Source of the DNA: the human T2T-CHM13v2.0 reference genome, Homo sapiens
Strand: one strand, 5' to 3'
Length of the DNA: 64,000 bases
Assembly: GCF_009914755.1 (NCBI RefSeq)
Contig: NC_060926.1
Both the position numbers and the translations under genes were made by a program. Each line of letters opens with the position of its first letter. Within the stretch, counting starts at the first letter, position 1. Shown in pieces: positions 49,270 through 62,050 of the stretch. Below the pieces are notes generated by a model. The model searched no databases. It was not told where the DNA came from and saw nothing but the letters and a program-made list of their open reading frames with translations.

Positions 49270-51535
49270 TGCTGTCACAGGTTAGATTTAACATGGCGCC
49301 AGTTACCTATTAACACCAACAGAAGTAAAGATGGAGCAGCATGGGGTAGAAAGAGAAGTCAAACTATGACATTGGGCCGGACAAAGCCTGGCTACCCACA
49401 GAAGGTCTGGGGCATCCAGGGCCCATCACAGTTGTCTCCGGGAGGATGAAGATGGCTTGGCCTTGATACACTCACTGTGATCAGTCATTGGCCGTGGGCT
49501 GTCTCCAAGAGTCCCCTGGGGTGAGGTGGCTCTCTTCAGCTGAGGCAAACCCTGCAGGGGCTGACAGCTGAAGCTGCCTGCGGACTTGACACTTGGAAAC
49601 TGGGCAACAAGTCTTTCCTCAAAGAGAGACCTGGGTAGCACATCAAGGGTCCAGCACAGTCCACCCTTTGTGGTGCTCGGAGTGTGTTCTTCATGTTCAT
49701 TTGAGAAGCAGCTCCCCCAGGACTCTCAGGGAGAGAGGAGATCTTTGAAGGGGAATCTTTAGAAGGATGAACTACAAGCTCTGCAGCTACAGCTGGACCT
49801 GAGCCCAGCTCATTGTCTCCATCCTCCACTCTCTATTCGAGACTCCCCTCATCCTCAACAATGGCGTCTGCTGGTCGTGGTGGCTGCCCTAATGTAATGT
49901 CCCAGACCCTCATCCATGGGAGATCCAAGCTCCTACATACCATGTCTTCTCAGACAAGAATTTCTGCCCTGTTAATGCCCCATCACAACTGGGCAACAGA
50001 GAACTTGGAAGCCCTATGTGGATCATCTGGGTGCCACTCTGTCCCCCTGGTGTAACAGCAACCTTGCCTCTGCCCTTTGATCACAGTTAATTATACCTGC
50101 CTAGATGGTGACTCTTTGCCTTGACTGCTGGTGCCTGGACCCAAGAAGCTCCACCTGGCAAGAAAGCAACAGTAGCTTAGAAGACAGTGATTTGATATAT
50201 CATTCAAATACAATGATATACAGAGAATAGCATCCTTCCTGACTGCCCATTTATTTTGTTCCAGAGGATGCTATGTTCTAGCGACCATCTCATAATTCTC
50301 TGAGTCGGGCCCCCTTGGCTGCCCCTCAACCCTGCCACTTGTTATTAAAATTGCATCTACCTGGCTTCTAGTAATTAAGCCCCACCAGCTGGCCTCTATT
50401 ACCAGTGTCTCAGCATCCCCATTACAATCAGTGAGCCTAGTTCTGTAATGGACTCTCCTATAGTCAACCCTCATTTACAGAGTAAAGGCCCCTATAATCA
50501 CATACAACTTTTCTGTAGAATATCAACGATGCTTAGCAACAGCTCTTCAATTCATTGACCTTGGAGTTACTATCCACAACCTCCCACTATTATTTCTAAA
50601 TGCCTCATACTTTACACCAGCTAGTCTCCTCCACAGATCTAATGTCCTAATTCACCACCAGGGTGAGTTTTCACAATTGGGCTGCCACCTTGTGCCAGGA
50701 CCCGCCTGCATTCCACCTGCCACCATCGATGGACTCCTCATTGCCAGTCAGGCTGCGAGTGACCCAGCTCCAAATCTCCATCTTATTGCTGGCTTTCTGG
50801 GACCACTCATAGAACTAATAATCATGGGTTCAGTTCTCCAGAAGGAGCCCCTGAAACAGAGTTTGGCATCCAGGGCATTGTTAAAGGTTAACCCCTGTGG
50901 AAGGAAGGAGGTGGGCAACAGGATTGGGCAGAGGAATAAGCTGAACTGAAGTGCAGACCCAAGAAAGCTTCAGCCAGACCCACAGGAAGCTCTGGGGCAC
51001 ATAGAGCCTGTCAAAGTCGTCCCACAGTGGGCAGAAATAGTCCAGGCTTTATACTGACTGACTGAGTAGGGGCCAGAGCAGTGGCTCACACCTGTAATCC
51101 CAGCACTTCAGGAGGCTGAGGCAGGAAGATCACCTGAGGCCAGGAGTTCGAGACCAGCCTGGGAAACATAGTGAGACCCCATCTCTACAAAACAAAAAAA
51201 TTTTTTTTAATTAGCCGGGCATGGTGGCACACACCTGTAGTCCTAGCTACTCAGCAGGTCGAGGCGGGAAGATCGCTTGACCCAAGGAGTTAGAGGTTAC
51301 AATGAGCTATGATTGTGCCACTGCACTCTAGCCTGGGCGACAGAATAAGCTCGTCTCTTAAATACATACATAACATAAAATATATGTTGACAGATCAGTC
51401 AGTGTCCTTGAGCAAGGAGGCTTATTGCAATTGAGGCAAACCGTGAAGAAGATAGCTGGCAGCCATCAGCTATCCCTGCAGCTATGCAGGTAGTCCTTCC
51501 TTGAAAGGAGATCTAAGTGGCCCATCTCTGCAAGC
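49270..51535 (-). mobile_element. Internally deleted ERVL provirus (LTR16/ERV3-16A3-like): 3' LTR ~49270-49659, internal ~49660-50820, 5' LTR ~50825-51535 split by an AluJ
   Basis: Two diverged LTR copies share 'tgaggcaaacc', 'cccacag..ag.tctggggca' and 'gtc.ttcct..aa.g.ga.ct'; polypurine-tract-like 'gtccaccc' (minus strand GGGTGGAC) next to one LTR; PBS-region-like 'gagtggtcccagaaag' (minus strand) next to the other. Confidence 0.65.
51071..51380 (+). mobile_element. AluJ
   Basis: 'gatcgcttgacccaaggagttagaggttacaatgagctatgattgtgccactgcac'. Confidence 0.9.
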
Positions 51536-53908
51536 AAAGCAGCCACCATAATTATCAAATTGACAAATGTACGAATGGCCCCTTAACAGACTAAGAGCCT
51601 TCTGTTATAAAGCTTAATATAATGCTTGATAGTGGTCCCTAAAAGATGAGGCATTTCATGTAGAAATTCTTAGAACAGGTGATCACAGTTCTACGTACCG
51701 GACGATAGAATCATGAGTTATCCCAGCATCCGTATTTACAGGGACATATGCAGAAACTGGCACAATCCATTCCTTCAACGTAGTACAGATGATAAATTTA
51801 TATGTGTAAATGCAAAATAAATTATTTTCTATCTTTGAGCAAAGTATTACATACATTTTGAAAGGGTTTATATTTCTGCAGATGCATCGAGCATTTTACC
51901 AAAAATAAAATTATATGGTCAAATTTTAGATGGCCAAAAAAATGGCATCATTATCTTTAGCTTCAATCCAACCATAGCATAAAACAGATAAAAATTACTC
52001 TCTATTCTAAATTCCTCTCACCAGTTTTGTTCAAATTAGGTACATGTTTGGAAACTCATTGTCAGATAATATATGCGAAGGAAAGACACACTGAACAATT
52101 ACAGGCCCTTAAGTTCTCAAACAGTTGCGCTTTTTATTTTTGCCTTCATCTTCTTGTCCTCTCATACATTACACCAACTAGTCTCCTCCACAGATCTAAT
52201 GTTCTAATTCACCATCAGGGTGAAATTTAGGTGTGCAGGAAATGTAATTATATTGCCAACATTAAAATTAATTTATTTTTCAGGCCCTATTCTTCTAAAT
52301 GACTTGAATTTGGTCAGTTAAGACTGTCTTCCAGATTTTTTCTGGTGATGTTGTTAGTTCTGGAGGGCTATGTAAAGCCGAAGCATTTGGTGGAGGGGCA
52401 GAAAGGATATCCATTAATACAGCGTTTCAACAAATACTTGTTGAGTACTTAATACCATGAGCCAAATACTAATCTTAGTCTATGGATACAGCACTAAGCA
52501 AAAACAGATAAAGTCCTTGTGCTTACGGCATTTATATTCTGCTGGAGAAAGATAATAAAGCAGATTAGCAGCAGAGAAAGTATCTAGTTTTTCCCACCTC
52601 TGCAGGCTGGTCTTCATTCCCTTTTCATTTGCAGTCATCATCCCCAACTTCCAATCCCAGGTCTGGATCTCAGTCACTCTTCACAGAGTACTCTGTGAGC
52701 TATCTTTGGCCACCCTGCCTAGATATACAAAGCAGCAATTTCTACTTAACTGCTCCTGATATACTAGGTGTAGGCAGCTCTGGAATCCTGCCATACTACT
52801 AGGTCTTCCCCAAAGAGAAGAATACAGATCTGTCTGATTCTCAGGATCCTCAAGCCTTCTAACAGCCTGCACTCCCAGGGAACGGGATTAGCAAGGACCA
52901 GGGCCTGGGCCACTTACGTGGGACCTCATCAAAGTCTCACCTTTCCTAGACCCTCCCTCCCCAAGTCCAGAAAATCTTTCTCTAGCCTGGCAGCAAAGCA
53001 GCCTGGCTCTTTATCTACCTTCCAATCTACTGATCAGGCCATCCATATTTTGGCTGCAGCTCTGAGGCCTTTGGCACTTAGGCTTTTGAAACTCAAAAAC
53101 ACAGTCCTTTGCAACTCAACTGCCTTGCCTTGCAAAAATTAAAAGGACTTCTGCTTTTCTGCATCACCCCTGAACTGAGGGCACAGTGTTGCTGACTGAA
53201 CATTGGGGAAAGACCCAATGTACAAGGAAGGGTAGAGAAGAAGGCTCAGTCATTATCTACTATCTCATCTTATCCCCAGATGATACTTTGACTTTCCCAG
53301 AATGCTCACTCTTTCATCATTAATCCGGCAGCCCAAACCACACTTCAAAGATTGTTCAACCTTCCATCCAATACAGGAATCTCAAACATCCTGCCTGAAT
53401 ACTTCTCTTGATGGGGAACTCATAGCCTTTTTTGGTATAAAATCTTTAATATCTTTAATAGGTGCTCCCAATGCTTTGCCAGCATATATGGGGGGGGGGG
53501 ATCTATACCAAATATCAATAGTGGTAATATCTAAGTAGTAGAATTATGAGGGATTCTTATTGTATCTTTGTCTGCATTTTCTAAATTTTCTGCAGTACAT
53601 GTAAATGCATTACTGTTTTGAAGCAGTCTTTTCTATTTTTACAACACTAATTCTTCATACAAAGGTAAAATCCATCTCTGGGCCAATTCCAGTAACTGGA
53701 TTACAAGAGGAAAGTTTATTCTTTCTTTCACATCATGGCTTTTTGCATTGAGTCATGACTTCCCTAAATATTCTTTCCGCCCTGCTAACCAAACACCTTC
53801 AGTTCCTGCGCTCTTCCATTTAGAAGCCACTCTCTGGGCACATTCACCTTGGTGCTCACTAGTTTTACTGTGTCCCTCTTAAAGTCACTGCAGAAAGTGT
53901 CTAAAACT

Positions 53909-54200
<292 letters not shown>

Positions 54201-55442
54201 TTATTTTTCCTCAGAAAGTAAAATTAAGCGCATACAAACTGAATGATGATACCCAAATTGCAACTGATTCTCCTTTGACTATTTTTCAGTCATTTAAACA
54301 AGGAGACAATTTTCAAGAAAACTGCTAAAGATTTTATGTAGGCGCCCTCAATGAAAAGTAAAGTTGCTCTTCTCTTCACCTATATAAAAAGGAAAAACAA
54401 AAGAGAAGTTGAGGAATACTTTGCATACTGAAAATATTCCTTTTATGTTTATCTAACGTCACAAGGCAAATATTTAAGTACTATATACTCCACTAATAAC
54501 TTATAATTAGGTGCATTATTCTGCTTGGCTTAATTAATGCTGATCCATGCACAACACTCAAAGTTCTGTCTAAAATATTACTAGCACATACTAGTTTTTA
54601 AATAGCTATATTGGACTAATTCAGGTAGAAAATAATGACAGTCTTATAATTTTTTTATTGCTTAAAGTACTCCCAACATAATATATTTGCTAGCCTTTCT
54701 CCCCTAAATGCAGAGCGATGCCTTCCCAGGATGTTGATATTATCAGTGGTTATTGGTGTATCAGCAGAGCTCAGGGAATAAAGATTAAGAATTCTTTTAC
54801 TGCTGAGACAGTTAAATGCAAATGGCTAAAACCATTTTAAAAGCATGAGGAAAAACACCTAAAAAAAAAAATAACTGAAATAATCATTGTGCTAATAGGG
54901 CATTTCCATTTACAATGAGATATGAATGCTTTCAGAAGTTTTTAAATCTGTGTGAATATGGAAAAAAGGTAATACATGTTAATTTGGTTTTTCTTCCATC
55001 TGAACACCCTTCTTATCTGTGCAGATATATCCTTGGATGTGAATTAGGTGATTAAAAAATCAAAATATGTCACCCAAGACTTCTTGTTGACTCTGACTCA
55101 CTTTTTTCCCAAGTCTTCCTCAGGTCTCAGGCCTCTCCATTAAGAAGTCTCTTGATGTCAAACTCAAAATTCTTGGATCTTAGCTACTTGCAGAAAATAC
55201 ATTTATATCACAGAGTAATAAAGATCTGCATCTTAATCTAGGCTCTGCCACTTACTGCCTGTGTGGCTTGGATCAAATTTTCAGTCTTTCTCAGGGTCAT
55301 TTTGTTCATCTGAAAAAGTTCACCTGAAAATTTTCTCTTACGTCTAAACAAAAGAAAAAAAAAATGGGAAGAGAAATATCCCAATATACAGTAAAGTTAC
55401 AGTGATTTAAACAGCAGAGTACTGAATCAAAATACACACAGA

Positions 55443-55735
55443 GGCTGGGCACAGTGGCTCACGCCTGTAATCCCGGCACTGTGGGAGGCTGAGATGGGCA
55501 GATCACTTTAGATCAGGAGTTTGAGACCAGCCTGGCCAATATAGGGAAACCCCGTCTCTACTAAAAATACAAAAAATTAGCCAGGCATGGTAACGCGTGA
55601 CTGTAATCCCAGCTACTTGGGAGGCTGAGGCATGAGAGTCGCTTCAACTTGGCAGGTGGAGATTTCATTGAGCCGAGACAATGCGACTACATTCCAGCCT
55701 GGGTGACAGAGTGAGACTCTGTCTCAAAAAGAAAA
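55443..55735 (+). mobile_element. AluS with (TA)n/(CATA)n microsatellite tail
   Basis: Full Alu dimer followed by atatatat...catacata. Confidence 0.92.
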
Positions 55736-55839
55736 TATATATATATATACACATACATACATACATAGAGATTATCAGCACAGTACCGTATACCAGGGTG
55801 TGTGGCTGACTGCAGGCAATCTGCACAAAAAAGGCAGTA

Positions 55840-56700
55840 CCACAAATCAATGGAGAGTGGTGGTTTATTCAACAAATGTCATAGGGAAAATCAGCTGGTT
55901 TCCAGAAAAAAAGTAAATTCAGAGTACCATCAAATTTCACACAACAAAAATATTTACAATGAATTAGATGATATGCTTTTAAAATCTAAAATCATTTTTA
56001 AAAACAAGACTTTGATAATAGTTATCTGATCTCTTTAAATGGTTGGATTTTATAATAATAAAAACAAAGATAAAATCCAAAAGAAATAGTACTAGATATG
56101 ACTACATAAGAACTTAAGTAAATAAAATTAAGAAACACAAGAATTGGGAGAATGTATGTGCCACAAAAGTAATGAAAAGTTACTCTTAAGACATAAAGAA
56201 ACTTAGAAATCTACATATGCAAGGATTTTACTGTAGCATTGTCTGTAATAGCAAAGAATTAGAAGAAGCAACCTAAAAACCAACCAGCAGAGAAATGGTT
56301 AGATAAATTAAGGTATTTCCATACTATGAAATATAACAACTTTTTTAAAAGAATGAGGTATTTTTATATGTACTGACTTGGAAACATGCCCGTGATATAT
56401 AGTTAAGGGGGGAAAAGCAAATTATAGCACATTATGTATTTTTTATTTCATCTTTTCTAAAAAGGAAAAAAATTATTTATATATAAGTGTGTGTGTATAT
56501 ATATATAAATATATATAAAATAGGTAGATGGATAGATGAGTAGAAAAACATCCAGAAGGAACACCCATCTGTTAATTATAGTTATGAAGAAATTTGACTA
56601 GGAAACAGGGGAGGTTTTTACTTTTTACTTTTCAATAGTTCTGATTAGTACTTTTTTTTTCCCAAAAGACCATGTATTAGTTTTGCTGTACAAAATAAAA
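55840..56700 (+). mobile_element. Old L1M (L1ME-like) fragments
   Basis: 'tttattcaacaaatgtcataggg', 'gtagcattgtctgtaatagcaaag...aaatggttagataaattaaggtatttccatactatgaaata'. Confidence 0.6.
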
Positions 56701-56979
56701 TGGGTTAAACAAACAAACATAAAAGTATACACTCTAAATAGGAAAGAGGGCAGGAGATATTCACAGGAGAGGAAACACACGACTGCTTGTTTGCTTTATT
56801 AACTTCTTCCCCATTTCCTAAATTCAAAGAATCCTAAGTTCAAAGAATGACAGACTATTTTTCATGTATGGCAGTTATTTTTAAAAAGAATAATACCAAA
56901 TTATAATACTGCTAACAGGACTAATAGGCCCTCCCACATGTTATGTTTTAAGGAAAAAAGAGCCATAACTTGATAATCT

Positions 56980-57170
56980 GGTGCTGGTTCTCAAGATGTG
57001 GTTCCCAACCAGACCAGCAGTACTGTTACCACTTGGGAACTTGACAGGAATGCTGTTTATCAAGCCTCTCCCCAGACTTGCTGAATCAGAAATCTGGAGG
57101 TGGAGCCCAGCAACCTGCCTTTTAATACCTTCCAAATTATCTTCATGAAGGGTAAAGTTTGAGAACCACG
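56980..57170. mobile_element. MER5A MITE
   Basis: 'tggttctcaagatgtggttccc...gaatcagaaatctggaggtggagcccagcaacctg...aaagtttgagaaccac'. Confidence 0.8.
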
Positions 57171-57206
57171 GATCGAATTGTTACATTTCTATTATTTTAC
57201 ACTAAG

Positions 57207-57454
57207 GCAGAGGTCTTCATCTGCAGCTTTATTGCCATTTGGGGCTAGATAATTCTTTGTCATCAGAGCTGCCTGTGCATTACAAAATGTTTAGCAGGAT
57301 CCTTTGCCTCTACCCATTAGACACCAGTAGCAATTTCCCACCCCACCTGCTCATGACAATCAAAACTGTCTCCAGATATTGCCAAATCTCTCATAGGTGG
57401 AGGGGTGGGGCTTGGGACAGGGTACAATATTGCTCCTAAATGGGGAACCACTGC
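57207..57454. mobile_element. MER20 hAT-Charlie MITE
   Basis: 'ggctagataattctttgt...tgtttagcaggatcctttgcctctacccattagacaccagtagc...gacaatcaaaactgtctccagatattgccaaat...gaaccactg'. Confidence 0.85.
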
Positions 57455-57699
57455 CTAAAAAAATACTCCAAAATGTGGAGGAAGAGTACATGGGAAGGTT
57501 TTATTTATTTATCTCACTTATACCACGAAAGCATATGGCACAATTCATTCTCTTCCATATAAGGTAATGATGAAGTGATATATATTACATATATAAGTCA
57601 TAGGAATTATTCCTGTTAGAAGTGAAAAATGCCAGATACAGAATTATATAAAGTGCATTTTCTCAAAGTTGTATGTAGATACATTATACAAACATTTCT

Positions 57700-58385
57700 A
57701 TCATCTCTAAATGCTAACAGTGTCATTCTCCTGCTCGAACCCAAAGAAATGATTTCCATCACCCTTAGAAATAAGTCCCAGATTTTTACCATGACCCCTA
57801 AGTCCCTCCGCAGCATTTCCTACCTCTTTCCCTTTGCTCCCTGGCCTCCAGCCAGACTATGCTCTGCATTCCTCACCACCAGGGTATTGTACCTACCATT
57901 CCCCGCCCAGAACACTTGTTCCCCTGATATGTGCACCTCGACAGGACTCTGCTCAAATCTCCCTTCCTTAGAGAGGGCTTCCCTGAGCACTCCGTCTAAT
58001 ACACGTAGCACTTCTTACCACTCTCTGCTCATTAGTATTACCTGGGGGCTATTCAAAAATGAAGGCAGCCTGGCCTTGCCCAATATTCAATAAAAGAGAA
58101 TCTCTGGGAATGGATTCCAAGCCATCAGGGTTTTTTTAAAGTTCCCTAGGGTCAGTGGAAGAACCATTACTTCTCTTTTTCTTAGCTTTTCTTGAAGTAC
58201 TTCAGGGCCTGAAGTCACATTGTATATTGCTTAGTGTATGGTTTGTTGTCTGTTTTCCCCACTAGATTTTAAGCTTCATCTGAGCAGGGATTTTGTCTGT
58301 TTTACTCATTGCACTATCCCTAATATCCAGAATAGTGTCAAACACATAGTAAGTACGCAATAGATTTTTATGAACTAATAAATGG
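57700..58385 (+). mobile_element. L2 3' end (with a small MER5-like insert at ~58030-58160)
   Basis: 'ttccccactagattttaagcttcatctgagcagggattttgtctgttttactcattgcactatcccta...acacatagtaagtacgcaata'. Confidence 0.75.
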
Positions 58386-61300
58386 TTACATCGAGTTCCC
58401 AGTGTTTATTATACTCTTCTAAACTTTTCAAATTTTCTCTAATAGAATGCGTTTATCATCAAAAAAAGAAATTAAAGCTGATTTTAAAATCTGCCTTTAA
58501 AATTTGTGATATATTTGAAGCACAGTGATTAGCACATAGAAGGTATTAATAGTAACAAACAGTAACTACTGTAAATGTTTCTTTTTGGTATTATCTACTA
58601 TGTCAGGGTTTTGGTTCTGATATTCCATTTTATCTGTGGTTGTTATCACCTTACAGAACATATATTCTAATAAGAAATAAATTATAAATTGAAGCCTGTG
58701 GGCCATTCATTTTTTTACTTTTTAGTTCTCACATCTTATTAAATATTCTAAATATTGCTTTAGAGATACTTTAGAATATCACTGTAATGCCCAATCAATA
58801 AAAATATGAAACAAGTGAATTGAAAATGTTTCAATCTTCTGCATTGAAATTCATGCAGAGGTTCAATAAATGCAAATAATCTGGCCATGTTAGCTATCAA
58901 AATTCAACTGCCATATAACGCTCCTTTGCTATAATGTACTAAGAATTATATACACCTAACTTTAAAGCTAATTTTTTGCTTTTATTCAAAAGCAAAAATG
59001 TCAGAATATAGCAATAATTCCTATTTAGGATGATAGTTGTTTTGGAAAATAAGAATGACATGATGTTTAGATATAAAATTGAAGACTTTTCAATTTGTTT
59101 AAGCTAATGGATATGTAAACTGGCATATAAAAAATGGCTGAATTATCTTTGAGTGACCACCTCGAAACACACTAATGTTAAATGCAAAAACACTTGTGAA
59201 TGCTCCCCTGCTTTTCCAATACTTGAGAATGTTTCTGGCATACAACTATAACTTTAAAGAAGAAGGTGGAATTTCTGCTAAGTCCTCAATCTTATAAAAA
59301 GGCCAGTGTAGATAGCAGTACAGTTTGTGCAAATTGAGGGTAGGCAAGCATATGGTTAGCATAGATCCCCCCCGAAATAGTTATAGCACATAGGAAACAT
59401 AAGTTGAGCATATTGAAAATTTATTCTATTTTTAACAGCCTCTCTTTAGTTAAGTGGTCAAAGTCACAATTAACATTTCACATGCAGTGGCTGAGCTATA
59501 TTTTGCAAGCCAGGTGTGACCTGATGGCAGGAATACATTTACCACCACACTCTCCTTACTCCGTAAAACTATCCTAAAGTTATGTGTGTTGGAAAATCAT
59601 GGCATTCCACAGATAGAGAAGGGAACATTTCTAATACACCTTCATAACTGGAGAGTTGTCCTCCAGGCAATTATGTGACTTTCAACACACTTTGCAAGTC
59701 ACTATAGTAACAGCAAAGCACAAACTTAAAAGAAAGTTCACATCCATAAATCTGTTTGGAGCTGAACTATTATTAAAGGCTTTGGTCTTCTTAATTCAGC
59801 ATTAATTTTTGGTTGTATATTAAAGTTTTCTTTCAGTTCGAGTCATTTGGCTGTGATTTTATGTGACTAAGAAATTTCTTTGAATTAGCAATTCAGCTCA
59901 TTTTGGGAAAAACTTACCCAGCATAAGGCTTTTTTGAGAGGATTTCTTTTCCGGGGGTCCAACATCTGTAGCACTGGATTATAAATTATTTCTAAAATAA
60001 ACTTAAGTTGATGGATCATTGTTCTTCCCATTTGGGCCTGACAAAAGGTAGCACTCACATTTCCTTTTTTTAATGCTGTAAACTGTGTATCACTTCTCAG
60101 CTCCTGTTAGAAAACTGAATTCTTACTCATTCTAAGATTTTATAAACTTGAATTTTACTTAGTGGTATAAGAAATGCTTTTACTAGGAATACATACAAAG
60201 TGCTATTTCATGAACAAATTCATAAAATCATATTTTTGTCAGGCTATTTAAAACTAAGCAGTATAAATAAATAGCCTTTTTCAAGAATTGCAGTTTGGGG
60301 CCTTTTTTTCTGTTAGTTAAGCATTCAGAGGCACTAAACTTTGAGCTCTTCATGTTGCTTAGAATCAGGTATCTTTGCTATGATTTCTTGGGAGTAAATT
60401 AATGATGAGTCAACATACATCAAGAGGAATTCCCAAATATTGACATAAGGTCTAAATATTTTGGGGCCTCCTTGCCCACTATCATGCTAATGTCTCAACC
60501 ACGTGTTTTCCTTACCTTTCTCATTCAGATTAGTTCTTTTGCCTTTTGGCCTTTGTTTTGTCATAAAAGGGGAGTTTCTTTCATTTCTTTGCTAAAAACA
60601 GGTTAAATGGTAGCTCAAACTTTACAACACAGTTAAGGAATTTAAGGGCCTAATGAAACCTAAGCCCTACCAGAGGGGTGGAACTAGCCGGAATGACCAG
60701 AATCTGACTTCTGAGTTAGCTGCTACAGAGCTGTGAAGCCAGGGTGGCATAGGAGGATAAAATTCCTAACATTTTCAGACTTGTATATGGTAGGTCCTTA
60801 GCAAAACACATAGAACAGCATTTCTTCATATACACTCTTCAGTGTTACTCAAAAAAGAGAACCTATGTACAAGATTCAAGTAATTTAGGGAGGACACAAG
60901 TTAAAGATTGGCAAGGATTTTTTTTTTCTGCAGGACTTTTCAGAGCCTTTATTATGCTTTTATGCATTGTGAATATCCAAGAAGAAAAAGTGGCACTCAA
61001 TTTTCTCCAAAACTTTTACTTTGGAATGCCATTTTTCGTGAAGCATATCAGAGAAATGGTGTTTTACAGAACCCACTTTATTGAAAGATATTGCCAAATC
61101 CATGGTAAAAATGTATATGGTTTCTGGATCAGATCCACCCCTCCAACAATACAACTCAACTAAAGCTCAAGCTACTTGAAGTACACCTGACTGTTTTTGA
61201 GAGTTTTCCATCTAAGATACTAAATTGAGTTATATTATTCCATGAAAGCCTTTTATTTCTTCCAGCAGCCTATATTTCTTTTCTACATATGTTTTACTAG

Positions 61301-61796
61301 TTGAAACCTTCAGAAATAATCTCTAGCTGGTCCCCACAGTAGGAGTGAAATTATGGTTTCTATTGATGTGAGGTTAAAAAAAAATAGGTAATAATTAGAT
61401 GTAAAAAGAGAGACATATAATAATATAATTTTGCAGGATAGTATTCTAACTGTATATTTGAAATTGTGGTTGATTTCCTCTGTAATCCTAAATCAACCAC
61501 TTAACTATTTAGGAGTCCAGCATGGTAGGGAATACGTAAGCTTCCATTTGAATCATGACATTTATAACAGCATTAATACATTTTCCCAGACATTCCCAGT
61601 TTGGGGGCCTTCTTTGCTGGAAATGTCTATCCCCACATAATTTAAACTTTAATATGAGAATGTATTAGTCAACATGAATTATATAGTTCAGTATTTGATG
61701 ACTTCTACCCCAAATTGATCTTTACCTTCACCTTTTCTAACCTAAAGACAGTGATTTCTTCACACATGAACTACTGTTTGGTTGATATTTGGAAAA

Positions 61797-62050
61797 TAAA
61801 TTGCATATATATATCTTAATAAATTGCATATATATAAATAATAAATTGCATATATATGCAAATTGCATATATATAAATTGCATATATATGCAAATTGCAT
61901 ATGTATATGTATGTGTATGTATATGTGTATGTATATGTATGTATATGTATATGTATGTATATGTATATGTATGTATATAAATATATTTATATACATATAA
62001 ATTTTATGTATATATTTATATAGATTACATATATACACATACATACATAT
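61797..62050. repeat. Compound AT-rich repeat: six AAATTGCATA-based units followed by (TATGTA)n/(TA)n
   Basis: Direct reading. Confidence 0.9.

Noticed and set aside
57629-58093. 154-aa + strand ORF
   Set aside because: Lies over decayed L2 and MER5-like sequence; no recognisable host-protein similarity.
60917-61163. Strong-looking acceptor (T-tract + ctgcag) followed by a 69-aa ORF
   Set aside because: The translation bears no resemblance to the RhoGAP C-terminus and there is no support for it as the terminal exon.
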